Below, piece by piece: positions 17,990 to 27,098 of a stretch of DNA of 48,546 nt. The position numbers were made by a program, and so were the translations under genes. The stretch is from Candidatus Latescibacterota bacterium. GTDB taxonomy: Bacteria; Latescibacterota; UBA2968. Every line of letters begins with the position of its first letter. The stretch's first letter is position 1. The stretch lies in assembly GCA_038279365.1 (NCBI GenBank), contig JAYODI010000037.1, forward strand, positions 1-48,546. The letters are read 5' to 3'. The notes under the pieces were generated by a model. It was not told where the DNA came from. It was given only the letters and a program-made list of their open reading frames with translations, and did no database searches.

Positions 17990-19288
17990 TTATGCGAGTA
18001 ATCCTTCTTTTTGCATGATATCCCCGGCAATGGCATAGGTGGTGCCGTGCATGGCAAAAACCACAAGGCCAATACCCTGAGCCAGATAACCCCCGGGGTA
18101 GAAGTTGGGGATGTTCACCGATTCGTGATTGTGTGGGTGGGTAGCTACTTGGTGTACTTGGAAACGGTAGGCATCGTGTTTTTCGATAAAGGTGAGGTTT
18201 TGATTGAAGCCTTGTATGGGTGAATAATCTGCACTGCCACCAATTTCGGTAATGATATGGTCTACGAGTAAGGTGTGTTCTTTGTCGCGTGTTTGCAGAG
18301 TGACATGCCCGTTTTTTTCAATCTTTTTAATTTCGGTATGATAGAGGGTGCTGAAACGTGGCGATTTGGTTTCGATGAGTTCTGCAATGCGTGCATAATA
18401 CGGCAGGCCATACCGGCTGTCTGTAATAAGCCGCCAGTGAACATCGAAGGGTTGGCGCATCACATAGTGAACATGTCGACCCGCATCGTGCAATTCTGTG
18501 GCGGCCCAATCGGCTGAGCGCCCCCCGCCGACAACAATGATTTGTTGGCCAGGATAATCACTAAAGTGTTCATATTGTTTAGAGACAATCGGCAGGTCAT
18601 CACCGGGTACACCGAGGCGGCGAAGCTGACTGCGTTGACCGACGGCATAAATGAGATATTTACAGGTGTATTGGTGTGTTGTTTCTCCGCTGATATCTTG
18701 TGAGGTAATCAAGAACCCTTTTTCGTGTGGTTCGACACGTGTGACACGTTCTTCGGTGTGAATGTGGTTAGTTTGTTCAAAGCGTTTGGGAATGGCGTGA
18801 TAATAGGTGATGAGGTCGTGTTTGATGATGAGGTCATTGACGTCTATGTCTATGTTGTTTTCTTGGGCATGTTGGGCCAATGGGTAATATCCAAATTCCA
18901 TCCATTGGCCAGGTGAGAGGGTAAGGAGGTTGCGTGGCACATTGTTCCAAAGTCCGCCCACATTTTCTTGTGTGATGAGCAGGTAGTCGAGCGATTGGGC
19001 TTTGCGAAACGTGTAGGCAATTTCATTCAAGCTGCGAAATTTTTTGCCTGGATGGTGGAGGAGACGAAACAGATCGGCAGGTAAGACACCCGTTTGAGAA
19101 ACCTGTTTCATATTGAGCCCAAGCAAAGACCCTGTTTCATGTTTGAGATAATCATCAAGCTGAGGATATCGCGAACAAAACAGATCGCTTTTGCTGTAAT
19201 AGGGGTGCCACCCTCCAAAAACGGCAGTAAAAGCAAGGCCTGCAGGCCCACCGCCAACAATGATGACTGTGCGGTGTTCAATCGACAT
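17990..19288 (-). CDS. FAD/NAD(P)-dependent oxidoreductase, OSGIN1/2-like
   Basis: Two Rossmann motifs (GGGPAG, VGGGRSA); 'GGLWNN...LTLSPGQWM' segment. Confidence 0.7.
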   Translation of the reverse strand: MSIEHRTVIIVGGGPAGLAFTAVFGGWHPYYSKSDLFCSRYPQLDDYLKHETGSLLGLNMKQVSQTGVLPADLFRLLHHPGKKFRSLNEIAYTFRKAQSLDYLLITQENVGGLWNNVPRNLLTLSPGQWMEFGYYPLAQHAQENNIDIDVNDLIIKHDLITYYHAIPKRFEQTNHIHTEERVTRVEPHEKGFLITSQDISGETTHQYTCKYLIYAVGQRSQLRRLGVPGDDLPIVSKQYEHFSDYPGQQIIVVGGGRSADWAATELHDAGRHVHYVMRQPFDVHWRLITDSRYGLPYYARIAELIETKSPRFSTLYHTEIKKIEKNGHVTLQTRDKEHTLLVDHIITEIGGSADYSPIQGFNQNLTFIEKHDAYRFQVHQVATHPHNHESVNIPNFYPGGYLAQGIGLVVFAMHGTTYAIAGDIMQKEGLLA

Positions 19289-19302
19289 GGGTGGTCTTTC
19301 GT

Positions 19303-19683
19303 TTAGCGTAAATAGGTTGTGGTATTGCCCAATGAATCTTCAAATATCATTCGGGTATCTTCAAATTTTACGGAGACACTGTCACTTGTGCCATTGGAAA
19401 ACAAGGTGGTCAGTTGAGACCCCGAGATGAAGAATGTGCCAGAGAGCGTGTCTGTGATGGGATTGCCCGAAAGCCGACCAGAAATAATGACCATTTCGAA
19501 TGTGCCATCTTGACTAAATGTGAGGGTTAAATAGCGATCGTTGGTGTTGAGTATGACACCATTTGAACTTTCTTGTATCCATCGTCCTAAAAGCTGATCT
19601 TGGCTGACGAGTGGGTTGGAATTGTCACTTCCACAGGAAAGGAATGGAAGGAAAAGCAGATAAAGCCAAATATGTTTTTTCAT
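19303..19683 (-). CDS. Small lipoprotein, lipocalin-like beta fold
   Basis: MKK + hydrophobic stretch + lipobox FLS-C; 'LLGRW', 'LTFSQDGTF'. Confidence 0.7.
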   Translation of the reverse strand: MKKHIWLYLLFLPFLSCGSDNSNPLVSQDQLLGRWIQESSNGVILNTNDRYLTLTFSQDGTFEMVIISGRLSGNPITDTLSGTFFISGSQLTTLFSNGTSDSVSVKFEDTRMIFEDSLGNTTTYLR

Positions 19684-19715
19684 GGAGATCCCTTATCTAA
19701 ATAGAAAAGATGTCT

Positions 19716-20756
19716 TTACAGCCCTTTGGGAATAGCCAATTTGAGCCGATTGGCGGCTTCTCTGAGTTTGTCTGCCGTGCCTGGTGGAATGGGAATGCCA
19801 GTGGCTGACCGTTCGGCAAGGGTTCTGTTTTCTGGTTCACCAGGCATGAGAATTTCGTCAAACCCATCGGCTTTGGGCAGTTTTTTGAGTTCGTCAATCA
19901 TCGTGTCGGTATGGTTTTTATATTCGTCAACATCAATAAAAAAAGAGATGTCGATGGCGGCAACGATGCTGTTTTGATTGCCATTGTTGGGTGCACCTTG
20001 CAAAACAGGCACCACGAGTGGGTTGTTGGCCATGATGCTTGTGAGACATTGAAAAATAAGGGCCAACCCAGAACCTTTGGGGCCACCGGTTGGGCGTAAG
20101 ATTTTTCCTGCGTGGGCATCGGTGGTGGGGTTGCCATTGACATCGAGGGCCCAGTCGTCACCTAAGGGAATGCCTTTGTCTTGGGCGAGCATCAATTTGC
20201 CCCCTGCGGCCACACTGGTGGCCATGTCGAGGCTGATGGGGTCGTATTTGGCTGTGGGAATGGCAAAAGCGATGGGGCTGTTGTGCAAGCCTGCGGCTTT
20301 GGCCCCAAAGGGGGCCATGTTGGGGGGGCTACACACAATGGACATACCCACCAAGTTTTCTTTTGCGGCCATGAGAGAATAATAAGCCATGGCACCTTGG
20401 TGGGTAACGTTGCGAATGAGTGTCCATCCAATGCCCACATTTTTGGCTTTTTCAATGGCCATATTCATGGCTTTTACGGTTGCGGGTGGGCCCAATGAGC
20501 GGTCAGCATCCATATATACCACGGCGGGTGATTCTTTAATGATTTTGACATTGGGGCGTGGGTTCATGTTGCCAGCTTTAATTTGGTCGAGGTAGGCAAT
20601 CACACGCAAAACGCCGTGAGAATCGACACCGCGTAAATTGGCCCAAACAAGCACCTCCGCTTCAATGGCGGCATCTTCGGGCGGCATGCCCGCTTGTTCA
20701 AAAACTGCTTGTATGAATGTTTGCAGTGTTTTTGCATCCATGCGAATTTCTGACAT
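19716..20756 (-). CDS. Ldh_2 family (malate/lactate/ureidoglycolate-type) dehydrogenase
   Basis: 'LRGVDSHGV', 'LDMATS..A.GK', 'GGPKGSGLA', 'PGEPE'. Confidence 0.9.
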   Translation of the reverse strand: MSEIRMDAKTLQTFIQAVFEQAGMPPEDAAIEAEVLVWANLRGVDSHGVLRVIAYLDQIKAGNMNPRPNVKIIKESPAVVYMDADRSLGPPATVKAMNMAIEKAKNVGIGWTLIRNVTHQGAMAYYSLMAAKENLVGMSIVCSPPNMAPFGAKAAGLHNSPIAFAIPTAKYDPISLDMATSVAAGGKLMLAQDKGIPLGDDWALDVNGNPTTDAHAGKILRPTGGPKGSGLALIFQCLTSIMANNPLVVPVLQGAPNNGNQNSIVAAIDISFFIDVDEYKNHTDTMIDELKKLPKADGFDEILMPGEPENRTLAERSATGIPIPPGTADKLREAANRLKLAIPKGL

Positions 20757-20790
20757 CGGGTATTCCTTTCAGCGGGTCTTGTGGCAGACC

Positions 20791-20819
20791 TTGACTTTGT
20801 ATGGTTTGTTCGCTATGAT
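20791..20819 (+). promoter_or_regulatory. Sigma70-type promoter
   Basis: TTGACT-N17-TATGAT. Confidence 0.6.
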
Positions 20820-20876
20820 GTGCCGTGAATCGCGTTACAAAGTAGGGTTCTGTTTTGTGCAGGTCAAGATAAATAT

Positions 20877-20964
20877 GGGGAGAAGAAAGAAGGTACAGGG
20901 AAGAAGATTTGACTGCTCTACTGGCTGAGCAGTTTTTGTTTTTTCTTGTGTCTTTCTTCTTTCC
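20877..20964 (+). other. Long imperfect 5'-UTR hairpin
   Basis: Purine-rich arm GGGGAGAAGAAAG..GGTACAGGGAAGA..GACTGCTC pairs with GAGCAGTT..TTTTTTCTTGTGTC..CTTTCTTCTTTCC. Confidence 0.6.
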
Positions 20965-20985
20965 TCTTTCTGTTCTGGAGGTTTT

Positions 20986-22515
20986 ATGGACGCCATTTTT
21001 AAACATTATTTGGTGTTGCGAAAAGAAATGGAAGCCTGGTTAAATCAAAGCCGACGCATGGACCCTCCGAGCAAACATGGTGGGGGTGAAGATGAGGCCA
21101 ATTATGCACTTGCGTGGTTTCCGCATTATTTGGTGACGGGCAGTGAGGGTGTGAAAGCGCATTTTGAATATTTGCGCGATATGTTGGCTGGATGGGTGGA
21201 ACGTGACTGCTTGCATGGGTATGAACCCGAAGCGGAAGCCCATCATGGAACAGAACCTTTTTTGCTTTTTTTACCGCGTTATTTGGGTTTGTTTGACACC
21301 GATGAAAAAGCGGCCAATATGTTGGATGATGCCGCCGAGCACATTGGCAACTGGGTCGATGGTATTCCCGATTGGTACGATTGGAACCGCGACCGATTTT
21401 ATGGCTATTATATAGGGACTCGTACAGTGGGCGGCGATGCTGCATACGATGTAGAGTTGGCCGAGCACTTTCGGTTTATACACATCGCTCTGGCGGCTCA
21501 TCGGGTAACGGGACAAGATCGGTATTTGGACTGGGCATTGCGGTATGGACGTCGTCGGGCACAAATGATTGTAGAGATTCCCGAAGGGCCATTGCCTGTG
21601 GTTTGGGGGCCAAAAGGTGAACCCATTTGGCATGGCACTGCCAAAGCCGAGCAACAAAAAGCCGCACAAGGCAACCACCATGTGGCAGGTGATCCACTTA
21701 TTGGCGTGGAAGTGCTGCTGGCATCGGGTGCGATTTATGCGTTGGGCGATTTGTTTCTGACATCGGGTGATGCTGTTTTTCAGCAAGCGGCCAAGCGCAT
21801 TGCCGAACCGTTGGTTAGTGAATTGTTAGATCCTTATGCAGACCCCAGTGCGGCGGCGATTTCTTATTACCGACACACATTTAAAGATACATCGTTAGAT
21901 GATGCCATTCGCGCAAAGGTTGAACGCATGCCAGCACCGCAAGATGGTGAGTGGGCAATGGTGTTTCCTCAAGTGCGAAAACGTGAATGGCCTGGTGTGG
22001 GGAAACGCAATGATATGACCTATTGGGGCATGTGGGGGGCTGACGGTTCGGTGACGCCTACAAAAGAGCCTTGCACTGCGGCATTGACATTGGCTTATCA
22101 ATTAACGGGAAAGCCCATTTATGCAGAACGCGCACTTCAACAGGCAGCCATAAAACTGACGATGGCTCGGCGTGCTTTGCGAGGTGGGCGAGAACATGCC
22201 GATATGGGCAGTGCCATTTGTTCGGCGGCGGCTGGTCATGGGCGCAACTGGGGCATTGGGGCCGTCACGGGGTGTTATGGCCCTTTGCTTTTGGGCACGC
22301 GGGAAATAAAAGGCAAAGTTACGCCTGTTTTGGAAGTGAAACACGATGGAGGCATGGGGTTGCCTGAAGGTGTTATGGCACTGGTGCAGTCAGATACACG
22401 GGCGCGGTTTTACAATGGTGGAGAATTGTTGGAGACATTGCATTGGCGTTGGGCTGGAGGTTCGTGGAAAGAGTTGACGTTGAATGCAGGTGAAGGACGA
22501 GAGGTTTCAAAATGA
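20986..22515 (+). CDS. Hypothetical protein, probable alpha/alpha-toroid (six-hairpin glycosidase-like) enzyme
   Basis: 509 aa with GGAGG SD; repeated helix-turn motifs 'HRVTGQDRYLDWA', 'FLTSGDAVF', 'YQLTGKPIYAERA'; ATGA overlap with AKR. Confidence 0.6.
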   Translation: MDAIFKHYLVLRKEMEAWLNQSRRMDPPSKHGGGEDEANYALAWFPHYLVTGSEGVKAHFEYLRDMLAGWVERDCLHGYEPEAEAHHGTEPFLLFLPRYLGLFDTDEKAANMLDDAAEHIGNWVDGIPDWYDWNRDRFYGYYIGTRTVGGDAAYDVELAEHFRFIHIALAAHRVTGQDRYLDWALRYGRRRAQMIVEIPEGPLPVVWGPKGEPIWHGTAKAEQQKAAQGNHHVAGDPLIGVEVLLASGAIYALGDLFLTSGDAVFQQAAKRIAEPLVSELLDPYADPSAAAISYYRHTFKDTSLDDAIRAKVERMPAPQDGEWAMVFPQVRKREWPGVGKRNDMTYWGMWGADGSVTPTKEPCTAALTLAYQLTGKPIYAERALQQAAIKLTMARRALRGGREHADMGSAICSAAAGHGRNWGIGAVTGCYGPLLLGTREIKGKVTPVLEVKHDGGMGLPEGVMALVQSDTRARFYNGGELLETLHWRWAGGSWKELTLNAGEGREVSK

Positions 22516-23495
22516 AATATCGCACCTTGGGGCAAACAGGTTTGTCTGTTTCGGAAATTGCATTGGGAGCATATCCTATTGCGCGTCAACAAAAACGCGC
22601 GGATGGGGAAATTGAGGTGTGGTCTGGTACAAGTGATGATGAGTCGATTGCTTTGATTCATCGGGCAGAAGAATTGGGTGTAAATTTGCTCGATTCGGCA
22701 GAAGGATATGGTGGTGGGCATAGTGAAATTTTGGTGGGGCAGGCACTTAAAGGACGCCGAGATAAATGGGTGATTGCGACCAAAGTACAGCCCAACCGAG
22801 GCATTGATAAAGATCAACCTCATGAAGAGGCTGTTCGACACCATATCAAAACCGCCTGTGAAGACAGTTTGAAACGTATGCAGACCGATTTTATTGATGT
22901 GTATCAATTACATTCTATTCCCTATGATTGGGCGATGCCTGTGGTGATGAAAACTTTGGCTGAGCTGAAAACGGAAGGGAAGATTCGGTGGTATGGGATT
23001 TCGACCAATAATCAGGCGGCCATTGAAAAATTGTATGCTTTTGGCCCCATTCACGTTTTACAAATCGGTTACAATTTGTTGGAGCGATCTGCCGATGCGT
23101 TATTGCATTGGGCCAAAGAACAGGACATGGGCACATTGATTCGTGTGCCGTTGGCAAAAGGGCAATTGTCCGGCAAATATTTTGGTGAAAATGCCGAACA
23201 AATCCCGGAGAACGATTTGCGATATGCACGTTTTCAACGACCTGAAGTACAAGACGGTTTGAAGAAGCTACCAGAGTTGCTTTTTTTACAAAATGAAAAG
23301 CGTTCGATGGTGCAAGCGGCGTTGCGGTTTGTGTTGGATCATGTGGGTGTGTCGTGTGTGATTGCTGGGGCAAAGAATCGGGGGCAAATTGAAGCCAATG
23401 TGAAGGCATCCGATTTGGAACCTTTAACACAAAGTGAATTGGATCGCGCTTTGCCTATTGCAGATCAGGTTGGTACGGCAAAGTGGATTGGGTAG
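22512..23495 (+). CDS. Aldo/keto reductase
   Basis: 'MKYRTLGQTGLSVSEIALG', 'DSAEGYGGGHSE', 'IATK', 'IDVYQLH', 'GKIRWYGIS'. Confidence 0.9.
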   Translation: MKYRTLGQTGLSVSEIALGAYPIARQQKRADGEIEVWSGTSDDESIALIHRAEELGVNLLDSAEGYGGGHSEILVGQALKGRRDKWVIATKVQPNRGIDKDQPHEEAVRHHIKTACEDSLKRMQTDFIDVYQLHSIPYDWAMPVVMKTLAELKTEGKIRWYGISTNNQAAIEKLYAFGPIHVLQIGYNLLERSADALLHWAKEQDMGTLIRVPLAKGQLSGKYFGENAEQIPENDLRYARFQRPEVQDGLKKLPELLFLQNEKRSMVQAALRFVLDHVGVSCVIAGAKNRGQIEANVKASDLEPLTQSELDRALPIADQVGTAKWIG

Positions 23496-23534
23496 GTCTA
23501 CAGGTCGCAGGTCGCAGGTCTACAGGTCGCAAGT
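23494..23534 (+). repeat. Short tandem 7/8-mer repeat (CAGGTCG / CAGGTCTA)
   Basis: aggtcta caggtcg caggtcg caggtcta caggtcg caagt. Confidence 0.8.
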
Positions 23535-23597
23535 GGATAAGTTTTGGGATGGGTTGTCAGATGAAAAGATGAAACTTTAATGGTTTTTGGAGGCGGT

Positions 23598-24734
23598 ATG
23601 AAAATTACAGCGTTGAAGACGTTTGTGCACAGCAGTGGAAATTGTTTTGTGAAGGTTGAGACAGACAGTGGGTTGTATGGGGTTGGTGAAGCAGGTTTGA
23701 AGCGGCGTGGATATGCCATTGCTGAAGTGGTCAAAGGGTTTGAGCCCGATTTGATTGGCGCAGATCCTTCGCGTATTGAATATTTGTGGCAGGTGATGTT
23801 TCGGGGCGGATTTTTTCCGGGTGGGGTGATTCAATCGTCTGCGGTGAGTGCGGTGGATATTGCGCTGTGGGATTTGAAGGGCAAAGCGTTGGGTGTGCCT
23901 GTTTATGAATTGTTGGGTGGTCTCACGCGCGACAAGGTGGTGTGTTACCCGCATATTGGTGAGCGCGATCAGATTGATACCTTGGTGGCCAATTGTAAAA
24001 AACGCATGAGTGAAGGTTGGAAATTTGTGCGCTGGGGCATGTCTGACCCAACCGACCCGGGTGTGTTTGAACCTTCGCGTGCGGTAAGGTATGGTATCGA
24101 ACAGGTGAAGGCGGTGCGGGAAGCGTGTGGTGACGAATTGGAAATTTGTGTGGATGTACATACACGTTTAGATCCATCGGCAACCATTGAGTTTTGTCGG
24201 CGGGTGGAGCAATATCGCCCCTTTTTTATTGAAGATCCTTTGCGCAGTGAAAGCACACAAAGCTTGAGAATGGTGAGACAACATACATCGGTTCCGCTTG
24301 CGGTGGGTGAGCAGTTTGACAGCAAGTGGAAATTTCAGCAGGTGATCGAAGAAGATTTGATGGACTTTTGTCGCGTCGATTTGTGTATTGCTGGTGGCTT
24401 GACGGAGGCCAAAAAAATAGCGGGGTGGTGTGAAACGCATTATATCTATTTGGCACCGCATAACCCTTTGGGGCCTGTTTCTACGGCGGCTTGTTTGCAT
24501 TTGTGTTTGTCATCGCCTTTGGTGGGCGTACAAGAATTGCCTCGGGTGCCGATGACGACCCTAACGGATGTGTTTCCAAAGCAAGTGCCATTTGAGAAAG
24601 GGTATTTGTTGGTACCCGAAGGTCCTGGGTTGGGCATCGAATTTAATGAAGAGGCTTTTGAAGGGATGGATGTTTATTCACCTGGTAAGGCCGTAGGTTT
24701 TAAACGGGCCGATGGGGCTTATACGAACTGGTAG
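23598..24734 (+). CDS. Galactonate dehydratase-like enolase-superfamily protein
   Basis: 'MKIT.LKT', 'GLYGVGE', 'AVDIALWDLKGKALGVPVYELLGG', 'DVH', 'FIEDP', 'PHNPLGPVSTAA'. Confidence 0.9.
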   Translation: MKITALKTFVHSSGNCFVKVETDSGLYGVGEAGLKRRGYAIAEVVKGFEPDLIGADPSRIEYLWQVMFRGGFFPGGVIQSSAVSAVDIALWDLKGKALGVPVYELLGGLTRDKVVCYPHIGERDQIDTLVANCKKRMSEGWKFVRWGMSDPTDPGVFEPSRAVRYGIEQVKAVREACGDELEICVDVHTRLDPSATIEFCRRVEQYRPFFIEDPLRSESTQSLRMVRQHTSVPLAVGEQFDSKWKFQQVIEEDLMDFCRVDLCIAGGLTEAKKIAGWCETHYIYLAPHNPLGPVSTAACLHLCLSSPLVGVQELPRVPMTTLTDVFPKQVPFEKGYLLVPEGPGLGIEFNEEAFEGMDVYSPGKAVGFKRADGAYTNW

Positions 24735-24766
24735 AATGGGTGGAGGATTTAAGGAATGTATGCCAT

Positions 24767-25663
24767 ATGATTCATGTGGTTGGCAATTCGGTGTTGGATA
24801 TTCCGTTGCGTTATGCACCCCAATGGTCTAACGATACAGCAGATGCTTGGACAACACAAAATGTTCACTTTTTACAAAACCCAGTTGGAGGTGTGTTGGG
24901 TGGGTGTGGTGCGGCAACGGCTTATGTGCTTGGAAAGTTGGGGCAGGCAGTTTCTTTAAATACCCAGTTGGGTCATGATCCTTTTGGCCAAGTTATTCGG
25001 GCTTGGTTAGCCGATGCTGGTGTGGAGGTTGTGGGTTCATCGGCGGAATATACCGCCGTAAACGTTATTCCTTTGGGTGAAGATGGATCACGACGCTCTT
25101 TGTATTATACGGGGTCGAAGATCGGTTGGGATGTCTCGCGAAGTGTTGTTTGTGACATTTTTTTTGCTTCGGGGTATGGGTTGGTGGATGCATCGGATAT
25201 ATCCGTTTTGACACAGGTGTTTCAACATATGCAAGCCCAAGGCCGTAAAGTGGTTTTTGACCCTGGGCCTTGGTTTATGATGCGATCAGATGAAAAGGAG
25301 ATGTATCAAGCGTGGGCTTCTGTGGATGTGTTGGTGGGCACACAGGATGAACTCAACACGTGGGCTCAGGTGGATGATGTGGCTGGTCTTTGTTATACCT
25401 TAAGGGATTTAGGCCCCCAATGCGTGGTGGTGAAACAAGGTGCAGATGGTGCCTCATTTTGTGGTGGTGAGGGCTTGGTAGAACATGTTGCTACAAAGCG
25501 TGTACAACAAGCTTATACGGTAGGTGCAGGCGATACATTTAATGCGGGGCTTTTGTATGGTTTGGGTAAAGGAGATGATTTGAAACAATCGGTAGAATGT
25601 GCTGTGGATCTGGCCACCAAAGCGGTGCAAAGTGGACGGGGTGCATTGGGTGCTTTTGATTGA
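24767..25663 (+). CDS. PfkB family carbohydrate kinase
   Basis: 'GGCGAATA', 'LGHDPFG', 'FDPG', 'VKQGADG', 'TVGAGDTFNAG'. Confidence 0.85.
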   Translation: MIHVVGNSVLDIPLRYAPQWSNDTADAWTTQNVHFLQNPVGGVLGGCGAATAYVLGKLGQAVSLNTQLGHDPFGQVIRAWLADAGVEVVGSSAEYTAVNVIPLGEDGSRRSLYYTGSKIGWDVSRSVVCDIFFASGYGLVDASDISVLTQVFQHMQAQGRKVVFDPGPWFMMRSDEKEMYQAWASVDVLVGTQDELNTWAQVDDVAGLCYTLRDLGPQCVVVKQGADGASFCGGEGLVEHVATKRVQQAYTVGAGDTFNAGLLYGLGKGDDLKQSVECAVDLATKAVQSGRGALGAFD

Positions 25664-25676
25664 TTGCGCGTTTGTA

Positions 25677-25704
25677 TTGACAGGTTTTAATGGTTTTTTA
25701 TATT
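25677..25704 (+). promoter_or_regulatory. Sigma70-type promoter
   Basis: TTGACA-N16-TATATT upstream of AGGAGG/ATG 25751. Confidence 0.5.
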
Positions 25705-25750
25705 TGGGTGCATTTTACGCGTTATAGAGTTGATCTTAAAAGGAGGATGT

Positions 25751-26917
25751 ATGGCCAAAGAATTGAACATTGGCATGATTGGGTATTCGTTTATGGGCAA
25801 GGCTCATAGCAACGGATTTCGCCAAGTGTCGGCGTTTTTTCCTGAGTTGGGTGTGAAGCCTGTTTTAAAAGTGATTTGTGGGCGCAATGAAGCGGCTGTG
25901 AAAAGTGCGGCAGAAACATACGGTTGGGAAGAATATGCAACCGATTGGAAAAAGGTCATTGCGCGCGATGATATTGATGTGATTGATATTTGTACGCCAG
26001 GTAACCAACATTTGCCAATGGCCATTGCGGCTTTGGAAGCGGGCAAACATGTCATTTGCGAAAAGCCTTTGACAAACACATTGGCCGAGTCGAAAGAAGT
26101 GTTAAAGATTGCCAAGAAAACCCGCAAAAAAACGATGGTGGCTTTTAACTATCGACGCGTACCTGCAGTGGCTTTGGCCAAACAATTGATCGAAGAGGGA
26201 CGCATTGGTCAAATTTATCACTGGCGTGCGGTGTATTTGCAAGATTGGATTATTGATCCCAATTTCCCATTGGTGTGGCGCTTAGAAAAAAAGAAAGCGG
26301 GCTCTGGGCCTCATGGCGACTTAAATGCACACATCATTGATTTGGCACTGCACTTGGTGGGCGACATCGATACGGTTGTTGGTGCCGATACCACATTTAT
26401 CAAAGAACGCCCACTGCTTGATGCGGTTGCCGATGGGGGGCTTGGTGCAAAGGGGGGGAAGAAAAAAGGGCGTGTGACCGTGGATGATGCCACGCTGTTT
26501 TTGGCAAAATTTAAAAATGGCGCTTTGGGTTCTTTTGAGGCCACGCGGTTTGCTGCTGGACGACGCAATCACAATCGTTTTGAAATTAATGGTAGCAAGG
26601 GCAGTATTGTTTTTGATTTGGAAGACATGAATCATTTGCAGTTTTATTCGCGTGATGATGAAGACCATATGCAAGGTTTTCGCAAGATTATTGTGGGCGA
26701 AGGCAGTCAACCCTATATGGGCGCGTGGTGGCCACCTGGTCACATTATTGGTTGGGAACACACTTTTACGCATGAATTCAAAGATTTCTTTGAAGCGATT
26801 GTAAAGAACAAGAAGTTTTCACCCGACTTCAATGAGGGTGCAAAAGTTCAGGCTGTTTTGGAAGCGGTGGTCGATTCTGCCAAATCGAAGAAATGGTCTA
26901 AAGTGCCGAAGGTGTGA
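25751..26917 (+). CDS. Gfo/Idh/MocA family oxidoreductase (levoglucosan/inositol dehydrogenase-like)
   Basis: 'IGYSFMGKAH', 'CEKPL', 'FNYRR.PA', 'YLQDW', 'GDLNAHIID', 'WWPPGH'. Confidence 0.9.
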   Translation: MAKELNIGMIGYSFMGKAHSNGFRQVSAFFPELGVKPVLKVICGRNEAAVKSAAETYGWEEYATDWKKVIARDDIDVIDICTPGNQHLPMAIAALEAGKHVICEKPLTNTLAESKEVLKIAKKTRKKTMVAFNYRRVPAVALAKQLIEEGRIGQIYHWRAVYLQDWIIDPNFPLVWRLEKKKAGSGPHGDLNAHIIDLALHLVGDIDTVVGADTTFIKERPLLDAVADGGLGAKGGKKKGRVTVDDATLFLAKFKNGALGSFEATRFAAGRRNHNRFEINGSKGSIVFDLEDMNHLQFYSRDDEDHMQGFRKIIVGEGSQPYMGAWWPPGHIIGWEHTFTHEFKDFFEAIVKNKKFSPDFNEGAKVQAVLEAVVDSAKSKKWSKVPKV

Positions 26918-27098
26918 CAATGCAAATTAAAGATGTAAAGAGATGATGGAGATTGAAAAGTTACTTCGGTTATGATCTGATCAAACACACTGGAATAAAT
27001 TCCAGCGTTACGATATAGAAAGTCCTCCGGACTAAAAATCAAGAGCTCTATCGAACCATTTACATTTTTTACTTTTAATTCTTTTGACGGGAGTAAAA

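Noticed and set aside
23494..23534. CRISPR array
   Set aside because: 7-8-nt tandem units without spacers; no cas genes
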